From Candidatus Aenigmatarchaeota archaeon (GTDB lineage Archaea; Aenigmatarchaeota; Aenigmatarchaeia; PWEA01; JACQIF01), in NCBI GenBank assembly GCA_016432325.1, contig CP066684.1:736001-800000 (forward strand): DNA of 64,000 bases, given 5' to 3'. The notes beneath the pieces were generated by a model. That model had not been told where the DNA came from. It did no database searches and saw only the letters and a program-made list of their open reading frames with translations. Shown here piece by piece: positions 54,944 to 64,000 of the stretch (its first letter is position 1; the number at the start of each line of letters is the position of its first letter). A program made the translations under genes and the position numbers.

Positions 54944-56206
54944 ATGATAGAGCAAATAATAACCTACTCCGCCCTGTATATATCCCTGTTCTTCTCTGTC
55001 GTCGTCCTGTTCACGCTGCTGTCCAACCGCGGAACGCTCCACTCGTATCCGACGGCGAAATCCCTGCCTTTCGTGAGCATCATCGTGCCGGCGTGGAACG
55101 AGGAGCGCTACATAGCCGCCACAGTGCGTTCGCTGCTCGGTCTCGACTACCCCAGGGACAAACTGGAGATCCTCGTCGTGAACGACGGTTCCACAGACCG
55201 CACGTCTGAGATAGCGAGGACCCTTGGCAGGCGGCACAAGAACCTGCGCGTGATAGACAAGCCCAACGGCGGCAAGGCCTCCGCGCTGAATATGGGCGTC
55301 TCGCGCGCACGCGGCGCCATCGTCGCATGCATGGACGCCGACTCGGAGGTCCATCGGTCTGCGCTCAGGATGATGGTGGGTCATATGGACAATCCGCGCG
55401 TCGCGGCAGTCACGTCCTCGATGAAGATAAAGAACAAGAACGCCAGCCTCATGACAAAGATGCAACACACAGAGTACTTGTTCCACATGCTGCTCAGGAA
55501 GGCGCTGTGCTGTCTCGACTGCCTGACAGTTGCCCCCGGACCCTTCTCTCTCTACAGGAAATCCGTCGTGCGCTCCGTGGGAGGCTTCGACGACTGCAAC
55601 CGCGTGGAGGATATGGACATGACGTTCAGGATACACCGCGCCGGCTATAGCGTCGAGAACGTGCTTGACGCGCATGTCTGGACCAACGGGCCGACGACGT
55701 TCACCGGCCTGTTCAACCAGCGCATGAGATGGTTCCGCGGCCTCATAGGAACGACGCTCAAATACAGGGACATGGTATTCAGCAGAAACTTCGGCAACTT
55801 CGGCATGTTCCTCCTGCCGGCCAGCTCCGCCTTCGCCGTATTCACGTCCCTCCTGTTCATGGTCATCGTTCTCAAGATGAGTTATTCCATAGCCGCGTCC
55901 CTGTGGAGCATGCATCTCATCGGCTTCGACTTGGCGTACGTCACGGCGGGCCTCAGGATGCCCGAGCTTTCGGTGCTCCTCGTCGACTTCAGGACGGCCA
56001 TATACGTTGGCGTTTCCATGCTCGGCGTCTTGATGCTGCTCCTCAGCTACAGCAAGGCGCGCGAGCGCGTCAGGGACGGCGCGGCAGGCGTGCTCGGCTT
56101 CCTCCTCCTCATGCCCCTGCTGCTCTCCTTCTTCTGGACGCTGGCGATGTTCTATGAACTGACAGGCAAGCGCAAGATGTGGCTGCACAAGGGTGAGGCG
56201 AAGTGA
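54944..56206 (+). CDS. Processive GT2 glycosyltransferase (PgaC/cellulose-synthase-like)
   Basis: NDGSTD, GKASALN, DAD, VED, QRMRW. Confidence 0.9.
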   Translation: MIEQIITYSALYISLFFSVVVLFTLLSNRGTLHSYPTAKSLPFVSIIVPAWNEERYIAATVRSLLGLDYPRDKLEILVVNDGSTDRTSEIARTLGRRHKNLRVIDKPNGGKASALNMGVSRARGAIVACMDADSEVHRSALRMMVGHMDNPRVAAVTSSMKIKNKNASLMTKMQHTEYLFHMLLRKALCCLDCLTVAPGPFSLYRKSVVRSVGGFDDCNRVEDMDMTFRIHRAGYSVENVLDAHVWTNGPTTFTGLFNQRMRWFRGLIGTTLKYRDMVFSRNFGNFGMFLLPASSAFAVFTSLLFMVIVLKMSYSIAASLWSMHLIGFDLAYVTAGLRMPELSVLLVDFRTAIYVGVSMLGVLMLLLSYSKARERVRDGAAGVLGFLLLMPLLLSFFWTLAMFYELTGKRKMWLHKGEAK

Positions 56207-56877
56207 AACGCATGGACGGCAAGATACTGGCCGCGGCCTTCGCGGTGTCCGCCGTTCTCTTTCTCTCCGGCCTGGGCCTCGGCCTGTTGGTCAGCGAGGA
56301 GAAGGCCGACTATCTGGGCGCGCAGGTTGAGCAGGTCGATTCGGACATAGAGTCGTTGCAGCTCGAGTTCCTGCTTCTCGACACCATAGGCGAGAACGCC
56401 ACGTGCCGGCTGGTGAAGGACAGGCTGCGCGAGGTCAACTCGCAGTCCTACGAGCTGGGCAACAAGGTCGGCGCGTATGAGGACAACGAGGAAGGGATCA
56501 ACGGCGAGTCTCTGGACCTGTTGAAAAGAGCCTACTACCATTCGCTGATCAAGTACTGGATATTCAACAAGAAGGTGGAGGATGTCTGCGGGGAGAAGAC
56601 CGCGAACATCATATACTTCTTCGTCCGCGATTGCTCCGCGTGCCAGGACCAGGGCGTTGTCCTTAGCTACTATAAGGAGGTCTTGGGAGAGAACCTGCTG
56701 GTCTTCCCGATAAGCGCGGACTTCGAGGATCCTTTCGTGCAGACGCTGAACGGCTACTACAACGTCACGAGCTATCCGGCCCTCGTCATAAACGGGGAGA
56801 AGCACGAAGGATTCCTGTCCAAGAAAGAGCTTGGCGACCGACTGTGCCAGACCGGCCAGTCGCTTCCCATATGCTAG
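56203..56877 (+). CDS. Membrane-anchored coiled-coil plus thioredoxin-like protein
   Basis: CSAC...YNVTSYPALVING. Confidence 0.75.
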   Translation: MKRMDGKILAAAFAVSAVLFLSGLGLGLLVSEEKADYLGAQVEQVDSDIESLQLEFLLLDTIGENATCRLVKDRLREVNSQSYELGNKVGAYEDNEEGINGESLDLLKRAYYHSLIKYWIFNKKVEDVCGEKTANIIYFFVRDCSACQDQGVVLSYYKEVLGENLLVFPISADFEDPFVQTLNGYYNVTSYPALVINGEKHEGFLSKKELGDRLCQTGQSLPIC

Positions 56878-57284
56878 CCCGTCCTGTTCTGCTGGACGAG
56901 CTGTCTCAAATATTCCTGTTGCGCGGCAATCTGCTGCGCGCGCTGGGCCTTTATCTCGTCCGGTATTTCGTTCGTGACGGACGCGGACGTTATCGCGCCC
57001 ACGTCCAGAGCCTGCGTCCATGCGATTGTGCGTTCGTTGTCAAAGTCGTACAGCTTCGCTTCCTGCAGGCAGAAGCAGTGGTCCGCGCCGTTGACGCGCG
57101 AGACGAATCCGTATTCGAGCCCCTTCAGGTCCGCCGTGTCTCCAAGAGCGCCGCAGACGGTCATGCACGCGTTCGTACTGCCGCTCGACGGGAGCGCGAC
57201 TGTTCCGCCGCCTGCGACATAACCGGCCGCGAGCAGGACGAGCGCGACGACAATAAGCTTGCCATTCTTTGCGAGCGCGTGCAT
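56874..57284 (-). CDS. Secreted hypothetical protein
   Basis: Signal peptide; Cys pairs. Confidence 0.55.
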   Translation of the reverse strand: MHALAKNGKLIVVALVLLAAGYVAGGGTVALPSSGSTNACMTVCGALGDTADLKGLEYGFVSRVNGADHCFCLQEAKLYDFDNERTIAWTQALDVGAITSASVTNEIPDEIKAQRAQQIAAQQEYLRQLVQQNRTG

Positions 57285-57327
57285 TACAGTACCACAATCC
57301 ACTAGCCGTCGGCCTTGTATATAAACC

Positions 57328-58278
57328 TCACGCGTCCCTGACGCTGACCACGAACTTGTACGCGGACTCTCCTGTGCTCGGCGGCGTGCCCGGAGGCGCC
57401 TTGACCTTGAACGTAACGATCTTGGTGGCCTTCGGCCCTATCGTGGTCTGGGCCGGATAGAAGTCGCCCGTGTCGTTCGCGAACAGGAACGTCCATATGC
57501 CGTACTTGCCGAATTTTGTCGTGTCGGTGTAATCGGCCTCGTTCTTAAGATAGAGTTCGACGCCAACCGATTCGTCTCCCTTCCTGTTGTACAGCTCTAT
57601 GTCGTACGTTGCGTACTCGTCCGTCGGTGCGAACGTTTCAGGCGCGGACGACGAAACCGTAATGCACGACGCTCCGTCGCATCTCAGCGAACAGCACAGC
57701 TGGTTGGCGTACGTGCCCGGCGACGCCAGATGGGCGTTCGTTGTGCCGCCCGAGCCGCTCTGGAAAGAGACAAGCGCCGACTCAAACGGTTTGCAGGACG
57801 TGCGGATTACGCAGTTAAGCTCGTTGGCCGCGCTGCCTGCCTTGGTCGCGCGACCGCATGCTTGCCAGCCGTAGTTGCCCGTTCCGAATGCTTCGGCATG
57901 CGCATTTGTGTAGTTGGATAATGACAGGATTCCGGATTCGTCCGCTCCGCATACGGACGCCTGGACGAACGAGGTTGTGTTCAACGTATCGCAGACGACC
58001 TTGTTGGCGTACGCACCGTCGCCGGAAGGCCGCGCGCCGTGCGCGTTGTCAGTGCCGCCTGCGCCGTTTTGCAGCGTGAATATAAGGGACTCGCCTGCGT
58101 TCAGGCCGCCTGTTGTGATTCTGCAATTGATGTCAGGCGTCGCTTGGCTGAATGCTTCGTCTGAGAACGTGATGAAGCCGACAAGAAGAACGGAAGCGAC
58201 AAACACCATCTTTAAAGCTGTTGCTTTAGACTTCCCTCGATGAGCCCTCTTCCAAGCTCGTGAAGCCTTTAAATCCAT
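57328..58278 (-). CDS. Secreted protein with three NAH-containing Cys repeats
   Basis: TDNAHG / TNAHAE / TTNAHLA repeats. Confidence 0.65.
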   Translation of the reverse strand: MDLKASRAWKRAHRGKSKATALKMVFVASVLLVGFITFSDEAFSQATPDINCRITTGGLNAGESLIFTLQNGAGGTDNAHGARPSGDGAYANKVVCDTLNTTSFVQASVCGADESGILSLSNYTNAHAEAFGTGNYGWQACGRATKAGSAANELNCVIRTSCKPFESALVSFQSGSGGTTNAHLASPGTYANQLCCSLRCDGASCITVSSSAPETFAPTDEYATYDIELYNRKGDESVGVELYLKNEADYTDTTKFGKYGIWTFLFANDTGDFYPAQTTIGPKATKIVTFKVKAPPGTPPSTGESAYKFVVSVRDA

Positions 58279-58322
58279 GAACCGATTATTGCTGGCCAGC
58301 CTTATAAACCTTGGGTGATTGG

Positions 58323-58562
58323 ATGCGTGTCGTCTGCCTGTTGCTTGCGCTGGTCGTTCTGGTTTCAGGTTGCCTCGCGTCTCTTGACCCGTATTGCCGT
58401 TCCCTTGCGAACGAGCTGAGCGAGGAAGGCCGGGCGTGCAAGTGCGTGGGCATAGACGAGGTCAAGACGGGCGCTGACGTGAAACCGCTCTGCAGGTGCA
58501 CGTGCGACGTCGGCGGCAACATCACTACAGTGGACATCGCTCGGACAACTAATCCTTCGTAA
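58323..58562 (+). CDS. Small Cys-rich lipoprotein
   Basis: Lipobox VSGC. Confidence 0.55.
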   Translation: MRVVCLLLALVVLVSGCLASLDPYCRSLANELSEEGRACKCVGIDEVKTGADVKPLCRCTCDVGGNITTVDIARTTNPS

Positions 58563-59673
58563 TCTCTCTTATCACTGTCGTTGCGTACGAACCTTTCTTG
58601 AGCTCAAATCGCAGCGTTGCCGAGCCTGACGCGGTGGAGAACGCAATCTTGGGGTATATCATCGCGCTCCTTATCGCGCCTTTCTGCGCCAGCTCTGGCA
58701 TCTTCTGCACAAAAAAGTCCTCTTCTGTGACGCTCTCTTCTTCGAGCACCTTTCGTACGCAATGGTCGAACTCCCCCTTGCCGAGGCTCGTCTTGTATCC
58801 CGTCACGTGGGCAGGGAAGTTGGTTATTGTCTCCTTGCCTTCGAGGAAACGGGACAGCGCGAGATTGAAGATGTATGACTGGTACGCGTCGATGAACAGT
58901 TTTGCGAGTCCGAGAGGAAGCGCGCGCAGCGCCTGTATGGACCCGCCGCCTTCCGCGAGTACGGTCAGCAGCATCCGCTCGTATGCCATTCCTCTCGGGA
59001 AATATTCCAGCGCGCGCTTGTAGTCCTTCTCTCCGGCCAGACGCCTTCTCGCGCTCCTCGCGTCTTCGGTCTCCCCTTCAAAATCCAGAGCGAGGTAATC
59101 GAATACCGCTCCGTCAAAGTCTCCTTTGATAATCTTCCTGCCGACGCGATGCGTGACTGGACGGTTGGCTCCGAACCGTTGCGGGCCGAAGAAGTTGGGA
59201 ATTCCTCTCTGTTCTATTTCGTTTATGAGCACGCGCAAACGCTCGTCCGTCTCGCGGAGGCTGATCTTTATGCCACGAATCGTGACGGCGAATCTGTTAC
59301 CAGCGAGTTCTCCCAGATGGATAGGCTCGCCGATCGGTCTGTGTTCAAGAACGCGCAACCCGCTCTCCTCTATTTTCTCTATGTTGGCGCGTCCGGGCAC
59401 GGAAAACCACTGTTTCGTTATCGCGTAGCGGTCTTTCATTCCTGCGTACGCCACGGCGCGCCGCTTTAGGCCGAGCGCTTTTGCGATTCTCTGCGTTGTC
59501 TCGAAGGTGTCGAGCCCGCGTTTTTCGACAAACAGCGCGGTGAACGCGTCGCCCTCGGTGAACTCGAGAGGCATCTCTTCCACTACAAAGTCTTCCATCT
59601 TCTGCTTTATCTTGCCGCCTATGCCGGGCGCACGCGTCCAGTAGAGCAGTATGCCAAAATCCTTTTCATCCAT
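58549..59673 (-). CDS. truD: tRNA pseudouridine(13) synthase
   Basis: EDFVVEE, AGMKDRYAITKQ, GNRF, PNFFGPQRFG, GSYATTVIREI. Confidence 0.95.
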   Translation of the reverse strand: MDEKDFGILLYWTRAPGIGGKIKQKMEDFVVEEMPLEFTEGDAFTALFVEKRGLDTFETTQRIAKALGLKRRAVAYAGMKDRYAITKQWFSVPGRANIEKIEESGLRVLEHRPIGEPIHLGELAGNRFAVTIRGIKISLRETDERLRVLINEIEQRGIPNFFGPQRFGANRPVTHRVGRKIIKGDFDGAVFDYLALDFEGETEDARSARRRLAGEKDYKRALEYFPRGMAYERMLLTVLAEGGGSIQALRALPLGLAKLFIDAYQSYIFNLALSRFLEGKETITNFPAHVTGYKTSLGKGEFDHCVRKVLEEESVTEEDFFVQKMPELAQKGAIRSAMIYPKIAFSTASGSATLRFELKKGSYATTVIREITKD

Positions 59674-59703
59674 AGCGAAGATGAGAGAAGAAGGCTTATA
59701 ATC

Positions 59704-60147
59704 CTAATTAACCAAGCCTTCGACCACCGCGGCGTCATGCTTTGCCGGCGCGCTCTCGGCCCACTTAATCGTCGCACCCTCGCTCCAACGATAATCAAAC
59801 TCGTCCCCTACACGCTGGGTCTTATAGCCTCCCCAGACGTCGAGCTTGTGTTTCTTGATGTCATAAAACGTGGAACCGACAGATTCGTGTACAACATGGT
59901 TCGCGTTTCTATACTGGTTATGGCCGTCTCCAAAGTATTGGCCTCCAGTCAAGAAAACGACCGTGTCCTCGGGCGAGCATCCTTTCTGCTTCCAGTTTTT
60001 CCACCAACCGTTATAAGAAACATCAACGCCGCTTCCGAGAGCCTTCGCGTCTATCTTCCTCACGATGTCGACGGCTTCGCCGAACTCTATCCTGTGGTCG
60101 ACTACCTTGCGTGCGCCTGTAAGAGCCTCTACGACGCCCTGAAACAT
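59704..60147 (-). CDS. Hypothetical protein
   Basis: Divergent from 60199; start chosen at MFQGVV. Confidence 0.5.
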   Translation of the reverse strand: MFQGVVEALTGARKVVDHRIEFGEAVDIVRKIDAKALGSGVDVSYNGWWKNWKQKGCSPEDTVVFLTGGQYFGDGHNQYRNANHVVHESVGSTFYDIKKHKLDVWGGYKTQRVGDEFDYRWSEGATIKWAESAPAKHDAAVVEGLVN

Positions 60148-60198
60148 GTAGTCCCATAAGGTAGTAACGTATTTAAGCTTATCTGCCGTTAGTGACGC

Positions 60199-61008
60199 AT
60201 GAAGGTATTGATGCTCGCGGACAATCACGGCGTGCAGGAATCCGTGGACGCGCAGATTGACGCGCTGCGCAAGTACAGCCTGTACGAAAGACCGAATCCG
60301 AAGAAAACAATTGTTCTGCACGAAGCGGTGCCTGAAAAGTGGACTGATTCCGTCGACCTCGAGCTCGCCAAGATGGAACGCACGTGGGCGGAACTCGGCC
60401 TGCCGCAGCATTGGGGACCGTCGGAACCGTACAAGGCGCTGTTCGGTTATCTGGGCGAGAATGGATACTCTCTCAACAATCTTGATCATGTGGTGGAGGA
60501 AAGAGAAGAGTTGGCAGGCGATTTCCTAAGCATTGTTAGAGCCGCGAAGAAGCCTGACGCAGATATGGAAAAAATATCCCGCAGACTTCAGCATTCGAAG
60601 ATGGAGATAGGCCCTCACAGGGAATACTGGTTTTGCACGCGGGTCGATGTTGCAGAAGACGAAGGCTACGAGACCGCAGTAGTCATAACGCACCCGACTC
60701 ACATCGATCCGGTTGCGGCTACTCTGACACGGTTCGACAGGCACGTTGTCGATACGAGATACAGAAACCGCGGACAGGAGGCCGCGCTGGGCAAAAAGGA
60801 GCGTTCCATACAGCTCCAGTACGCCAGACGGAGGAAGCTTACCACAACGAGGAGAGAGGCAGTCCCACTGGTTCCTGTCGTAGAGCTGGCGTGGGATATT
60901 GACAAGAAATTCAGGGAAAGCAGGATGAAGGAGATGGCGACCAAACATTCACGCCCCAGTCCGGTACAACGTCTCCCACGCTTCGTCGATGCCGGCGACG
61001 AAGGTTAG
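60199..61008 (+). CDS. Hypothetical protein
   Basis: 269-aa ORF after a TATA box. Confidence 0.55.
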   Translation: MKVLMLADNHGVQESVDAQIDALRKYSLYERPNPKKTIVLHEAVPEKWTDSVDLELAKMERTWAELGLPQHWGPSEPYKALFGYLGENGYSLNNLDHVVEEREELAGDFLSIVRAAKKPDADMEKISRRLQHSKMEIGPHREYWFCTRVDVAEDEGYETAVVITHPTHIDPVAATLTRFDRHVVDTRYRNRGQEAALGKKERSIQLQYARRRKLTTTRREAVPLVPVVELAWDIDKKFRESRMKEMATKHSRPSPVQRLPRFVDAGDEG

Positions 61009-61026
61009 GCGTGAGACAACTAAATC

Positions 61027-61371
61027 CTATTCCAGAAGCGACAGCCTTCCCGTGACCTCGTCTATCGTGGCTTCCGGAGCCGGGCCTATCGCTACGCAAG
61101 TCGCCGTTCCCGGCGGCACTTCTGTCATGCCCGCGTCCTTTATCAGAGCCGCCGCGAGTTTCAGATTGCGTGCGCCTTGGTAAACGTCCATGAGTTCCGT
61201 TTCAGAATTAACCTTCAGAACGACCTTCTTCGAGCCTTCCTTTTCCCAGCCCTTGCGGGCTACGTCACGGGCGTTTTTCCACGCCTGTATCGAGGCGTGG
61301 GCCACCTGCGCGGCTATCTTGCCGCGGCTCATTCCCAGATCCGCGCGGACGACCATTACTTGTTTGTACAT
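61027..61371 (-). CDS. pth2: Peptidyl-tRNA hydrolase 2
   Basis: KQVMVVRADL.MSRGKIAAQVAHA, KKVVLKV, DAGMTEV. Confidence 0.96.
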   Translation of the reverse strand: MYKQVMVVRADLGMSRGKIAAQVAHASIQAWKNARDVARKGWEKEGSKKVVLKVNSETELMDVYQGARNLKLAAALIKDAGMTEVPPGTATCVAIGPAPEATIDEVTGRLSLLE

Positions 61372-61517
61372 GCAGTCGCTATGGAAGGCGTGGTTTATAT
61401 CTTCAACACGGAAGACCCGAAGGCGCACGGTTATGTCAGGCTCGCGCTCGCTAGGCCGAAGCGATACGTCGCCAATGCGGCGAAAGAGATTAATAGCTTT
61501 GTCTACAGTCTGTGACC

Positions 61518-62036
61518 ATGAAACAGGCGACAGAGCGGATACGCCTCTTCAAGACTGTCAGGGACATCCCCTACCGTATAGCCGTTGGCAGCGAGCAGGA
61601 CTACTGCTGTTCGACGAAGGCGGCAATGCTTGATAAACTGCTGCAGACCACCGGCCTGAGGAGCAGGCACATCGTATGCTATTTCAGGTGGGAGGATTTC
61701 GACATTCCGAAGGACATCATCGCGCTGCCACACGAAGACCCGGAGACACACGAGTATCTCGAGGTTTGGATACCCGAAAAGACGGCTTGGGCCAAGGTGG
61801 ACGCCACGTGGGATTCGCGTATTCGAAACATGAAAATTCCAATAGCCGAGTGGGACGGATTGAGCGACACGAAACTGGCGGTCTCTCCTCTGAAAACACT
61901 CTCACCGGAGAACAGCACGAAATTCATCGACAACGAGACGCAAGACCGCGATGCGTATGAGGCCTACATGGAGAAGAACCGAGAGTTCTTCGTTGCATTG
62001 AACGGCTGGTTGGACTCCATGCGCAGACCGCTCTAA
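61518..62036 (+). CDS. Transglutaminase-like protein
   Basis: C(STKA)...HEYLEV...VDATWD triad. Confidence 0.75.
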   Translation: MKQATERIRLFKTVRDIPYRIAVGSEQDYCCSTKAAMLDKLLQTTGLRSRHIVCYFRWEDFDIPKDIIALPHEDPETHEYLEVWIPEKTAWAKVDATWDSRIRNMKIPIAEWDGLSDTKLAVSPLKTLSPENSTKFIDNETQDRDAYEAYMEKNREFFVALNGWLDSMRRPL

Positions 62037-62860
62037 ACCTTCAGCGTCCCCAATATCCCAATAGAGAAGACGTCTCGCGTGCCAAGCGCGAGCCCGAGTA
62101 TCAGCACGACTATCTTCAGCCACGTCCTGTATTCGGTCTCCTTCACGTCACGGTCGATGTAGTACAGCACGGGCCACACAACCGCGAGTTTCAGGACGAA
62201 CATCACGGCTGGGCTGAGGCCCAGCGTTCCTATGAAGAAGTTCGGCAGGACGTGCTCCTCGACGAGACCGCTGTTGAACTGCAGCGCCGTGAACGTCGCA
62301 GAAGCGTCGAACATGTGCGCCCACAGGATGGCCGCGTTTTCCTTTGTCAGGTACTTCGGCAACAGCGACGACAAAACGTACAGCACCAGCGCCCACCCAA
62401 GCGCTATTCCCATGGCGATGGCCATGCCCCAGTAGTTGGCGACGAACGGAGAGAGGTACGCGAGGTCCGCGGCGATGAGCGTGACGCCTGCTGCTATCAT
62501 GGTCTTGTGATACGGGACACTCCTCCAGCGCTGGAGAAGCAGGGCCGCATAGAATACGGCCAGCGTGACCGCGAACATTATCACGTAGATTCCAGGGGTG
62601 CAGAATGCCGACGCGTATGGCCGCGCGGTAGCCAAGAAAACGTCTCCAACGCTCCTTGTCAGGCCGCCGAGGACTATGAACGGCAGAAGCGCATAAACGA
62701 ACCTGCGGTCCACCCGGACGCGGAACGCCTTGAGCACGTGCGCGTACGTGAACCATACAGCGGCCACGAGAAGCAGGCCGTAGACTATCGTTGATGCAAG
62801 CGTGTAGTGAGAGCAGTACGAGGCTACGAAACTCTCATAAAAGAAATCCTGAAAGACCAA
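62033..62860 (-). CDS. DUF63-like archaeal membrane protein
   Basis: AHMFDASAT...EEHVLP...LGLALGTRD. Confidence 0.75.
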   Translation of the reverse strand: MVFQDFFYESFVASYCSHYTLASTIVYGLLLVAAVWFTYAHVLKAFRVRVDRRFVYALLPFIVLGGLTRSVGDVFLATARPYASAFCTPGIYVIMFAVTLAVFYAALLLQRWRSVPYHKTMIAAGVTLIAADLAYLSPFVANYWGMAIAMGIALGWALVLYVLSSLLPKYLTKENAAILWAHMFDASATFTALQFNSGLVEEHVLPNFFIGTLGLSPAVMFVLKLAVVWPVLYYIDRDVKETEYRTWLKIVVLILGLALGTRDVFSIGILGTLKV

Positions 62861-62864
62861 CGGC

Positions 62865-63470
62865 TCACCACTCGCTCAGGGGCACAAACCCTTCAGGCGC
62901 GCTCTTCTTCTCTTCCGCGTTCCGCACTTCATATTCGGGTTGCCTGCTGCGCCTGAAGCTGATGTCGAACGCCATAAGCGCCGACGCGAGCAGCATCCAG
63001 CCCGCGACGACGAACGCGTCGTAGATGCCCGTGAGGTAGAGAGCCGGCAGGACGAAGCCGTTCACGGTGACAGGCAGGCCGGCCAGCCGTCTGGTGAGAT
63101 CGTAACGCGTCAACGATATCGCCGCAGCGATAAGGTAGAGCAGCGGCAAGACGAGCAGGAACGCGTTGAGCGCCAACAGCGTGTCCAGCACGAACAAAGA
63201 AGGAGCGACTCCGAACGCGACGAGCGCGCCCATGGAGCCGAGGCGGTTTGAGAACTCGTCCCGCTTGTTCTTCCACGCCCATAACTCTTCGGCTGTATGA
63301 ACGACCGCCGCGACCAATATCACGTATGCGGCGTTCGCGTCTTTCGATGCCGCCAAGAGAACGGCAAGGAAGCCGATCGACATGACAGCGGCCGTGGTGG
63401 CCTGTATCTGTTTCATAGTGAACCGGTCCAGATTAGATGCGTCTGATATAAAAGCTACACGCCCCTCCAT
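62865..63470 (-). CDS. Degenerate CDP-alcohol phosphatidyltransferase (PssA-like)
   Basis: AFGVAP and GLP retained; catalytic Asp motif absent. Confidence 0.55.
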   Translation of the reverse strand: MEGRVAFISDASNLDRFTMKQIQATTAAVMSIGFLAVLLAASKDANAAYVILVAAVVHTAEELWAWKNKRDEFSNRLGSMGALVAFGVAPSLFVLDTLLALNAFLLVLPLLYLIAAAISLTRYDLTRRLAGLPVTVNGFVLPALYLTGIYDAFVVAGWMLLASALMAFDISFRRSRQPEYEVRNAEEKKSAPEGFVPLSEW

Positions 63471-63503
63471 AACACTTATAAGCGAATGCGCGGAAGTCCA
63501 CGT

Positions 63504-63683
63504 ATGTCCTTATGCAAGAAGTGCGGCGTCCCGGCCAGAGGCTTCAAATGCGACATGTGCGGCGCAGAAACCCCGGTGCACGATGCGAATCACTCCTGCG
63601 GAGCGAGACATCTGATGCCTAAATGCTCCACGTGCAACAAGGCCGAAGTTCTGTGCGGTTGCGCGACCAAGCGGCGCACGTAG
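63504..63683 (+). CDS. Small Zn-finger protein
   Basis: Three CxxC motifs plus further Cys/His. Confidence 0.55.
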   Translation: MSLCKKCGVPARGFKCDMCGAETPVHDANHSCGARHLMPKCSTCNKAEVLCGCATKRRT

Positions 63684-64000
63684 TCAGGCCGTCATAACGT
63701 ATAGCTCGTCTGCGCTGTACGCACGGTCGAATATCCTCACTTCGTCCACGAGCCCCTGATAGTTGTTGCCGTAGCCGCTGGCTACCTGCCAGAAGTTGTC
63801 CGACGGCGTCAGCACGCGCGGGTCGTTTACAGTGGCGATGAGAACGCCGTCGTAGTAGTATTTGCTTCTGGGGTTTGTCGTGTTGTCGTAACTGTAGACC
63901 AGATGGTGCCACGTTCCGCGCGCGTCAGAGACGTTTGCGCTTGCGCTCGGCCATCCGGCGCCTCCCCAGTAGAACGCCCACGCCAGGCTCGTCGCCGGCG
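63684..64000 (-). CDS. LamG/concanavalin-like domain protein, 5'-partial
   Basis: WHHLVYSYD...YYYDG...QGLVDEVRIFDRAYSADEL. Confidence 0.8.
   Translation of the reverse strand, partial: PATSLAWAFYWGGAGWPSASANVSDARGTWHHLVYSYDNTTNPRSKYYYDGVLIATVNDPRVLTPSDNFWQVASGYGNNYQGLVDEVRIFDRAYSADELYVMTA

Noticed and set aside
1-64000. rRNA, cas genes, IS transposases, reverse transcriptase/DGR, splicing endonuclease
   Set aside because: No supporting motifs were seen in this window

Overview
Archaeal chromosomal segment, probably DPANN-like. This assignment is inferred from Nop5, S17e, Pth2, TruD, PurP, an S-layer protein, TATA-box promoters and many small hypothetical genes. The most unusual content is non-coding. 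(1) Six tRNA genes (Glu-CTC, Arg-TCG, Leu-GAG, Leu-CAA, Gly-CCC, Thr-CGT) are all interrupted, with 14 bulge-helix-bulge (BHB)-type introns in total. Every one has an intron at T-loop position 59/60, and Leu-CAA has four introns with 9- and 7-nt micro-exons. (2) The introns are built from shared hairpin modules that also occur outside tRNAs. (3) A recurrent insertion of the form 'copy X - hairpin - inverted copy of X - spacer - copy X' duplicates the starts of three tRNAs, lysS, rps17e, an RBS and a promoter, with one weaker case after a stop codon. This suggests an undescribed target-templated hairpin-insertion process that could also create new tRNA introns. Also present: a 7.5-kb integrase element in tRNA-Thr carrying a caspase-like protease operon; single-gene cassettes flanked by direct repeats; an 11-kb cluster of surface lipoproteins with M23-like, amidohydrolase, SGNH-like and glycoside hydrolase domains; a C4-dicarboxylate enzyme cluster; and an S-layer/glycosylation locus. 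All calls are by eye; no searches were run.
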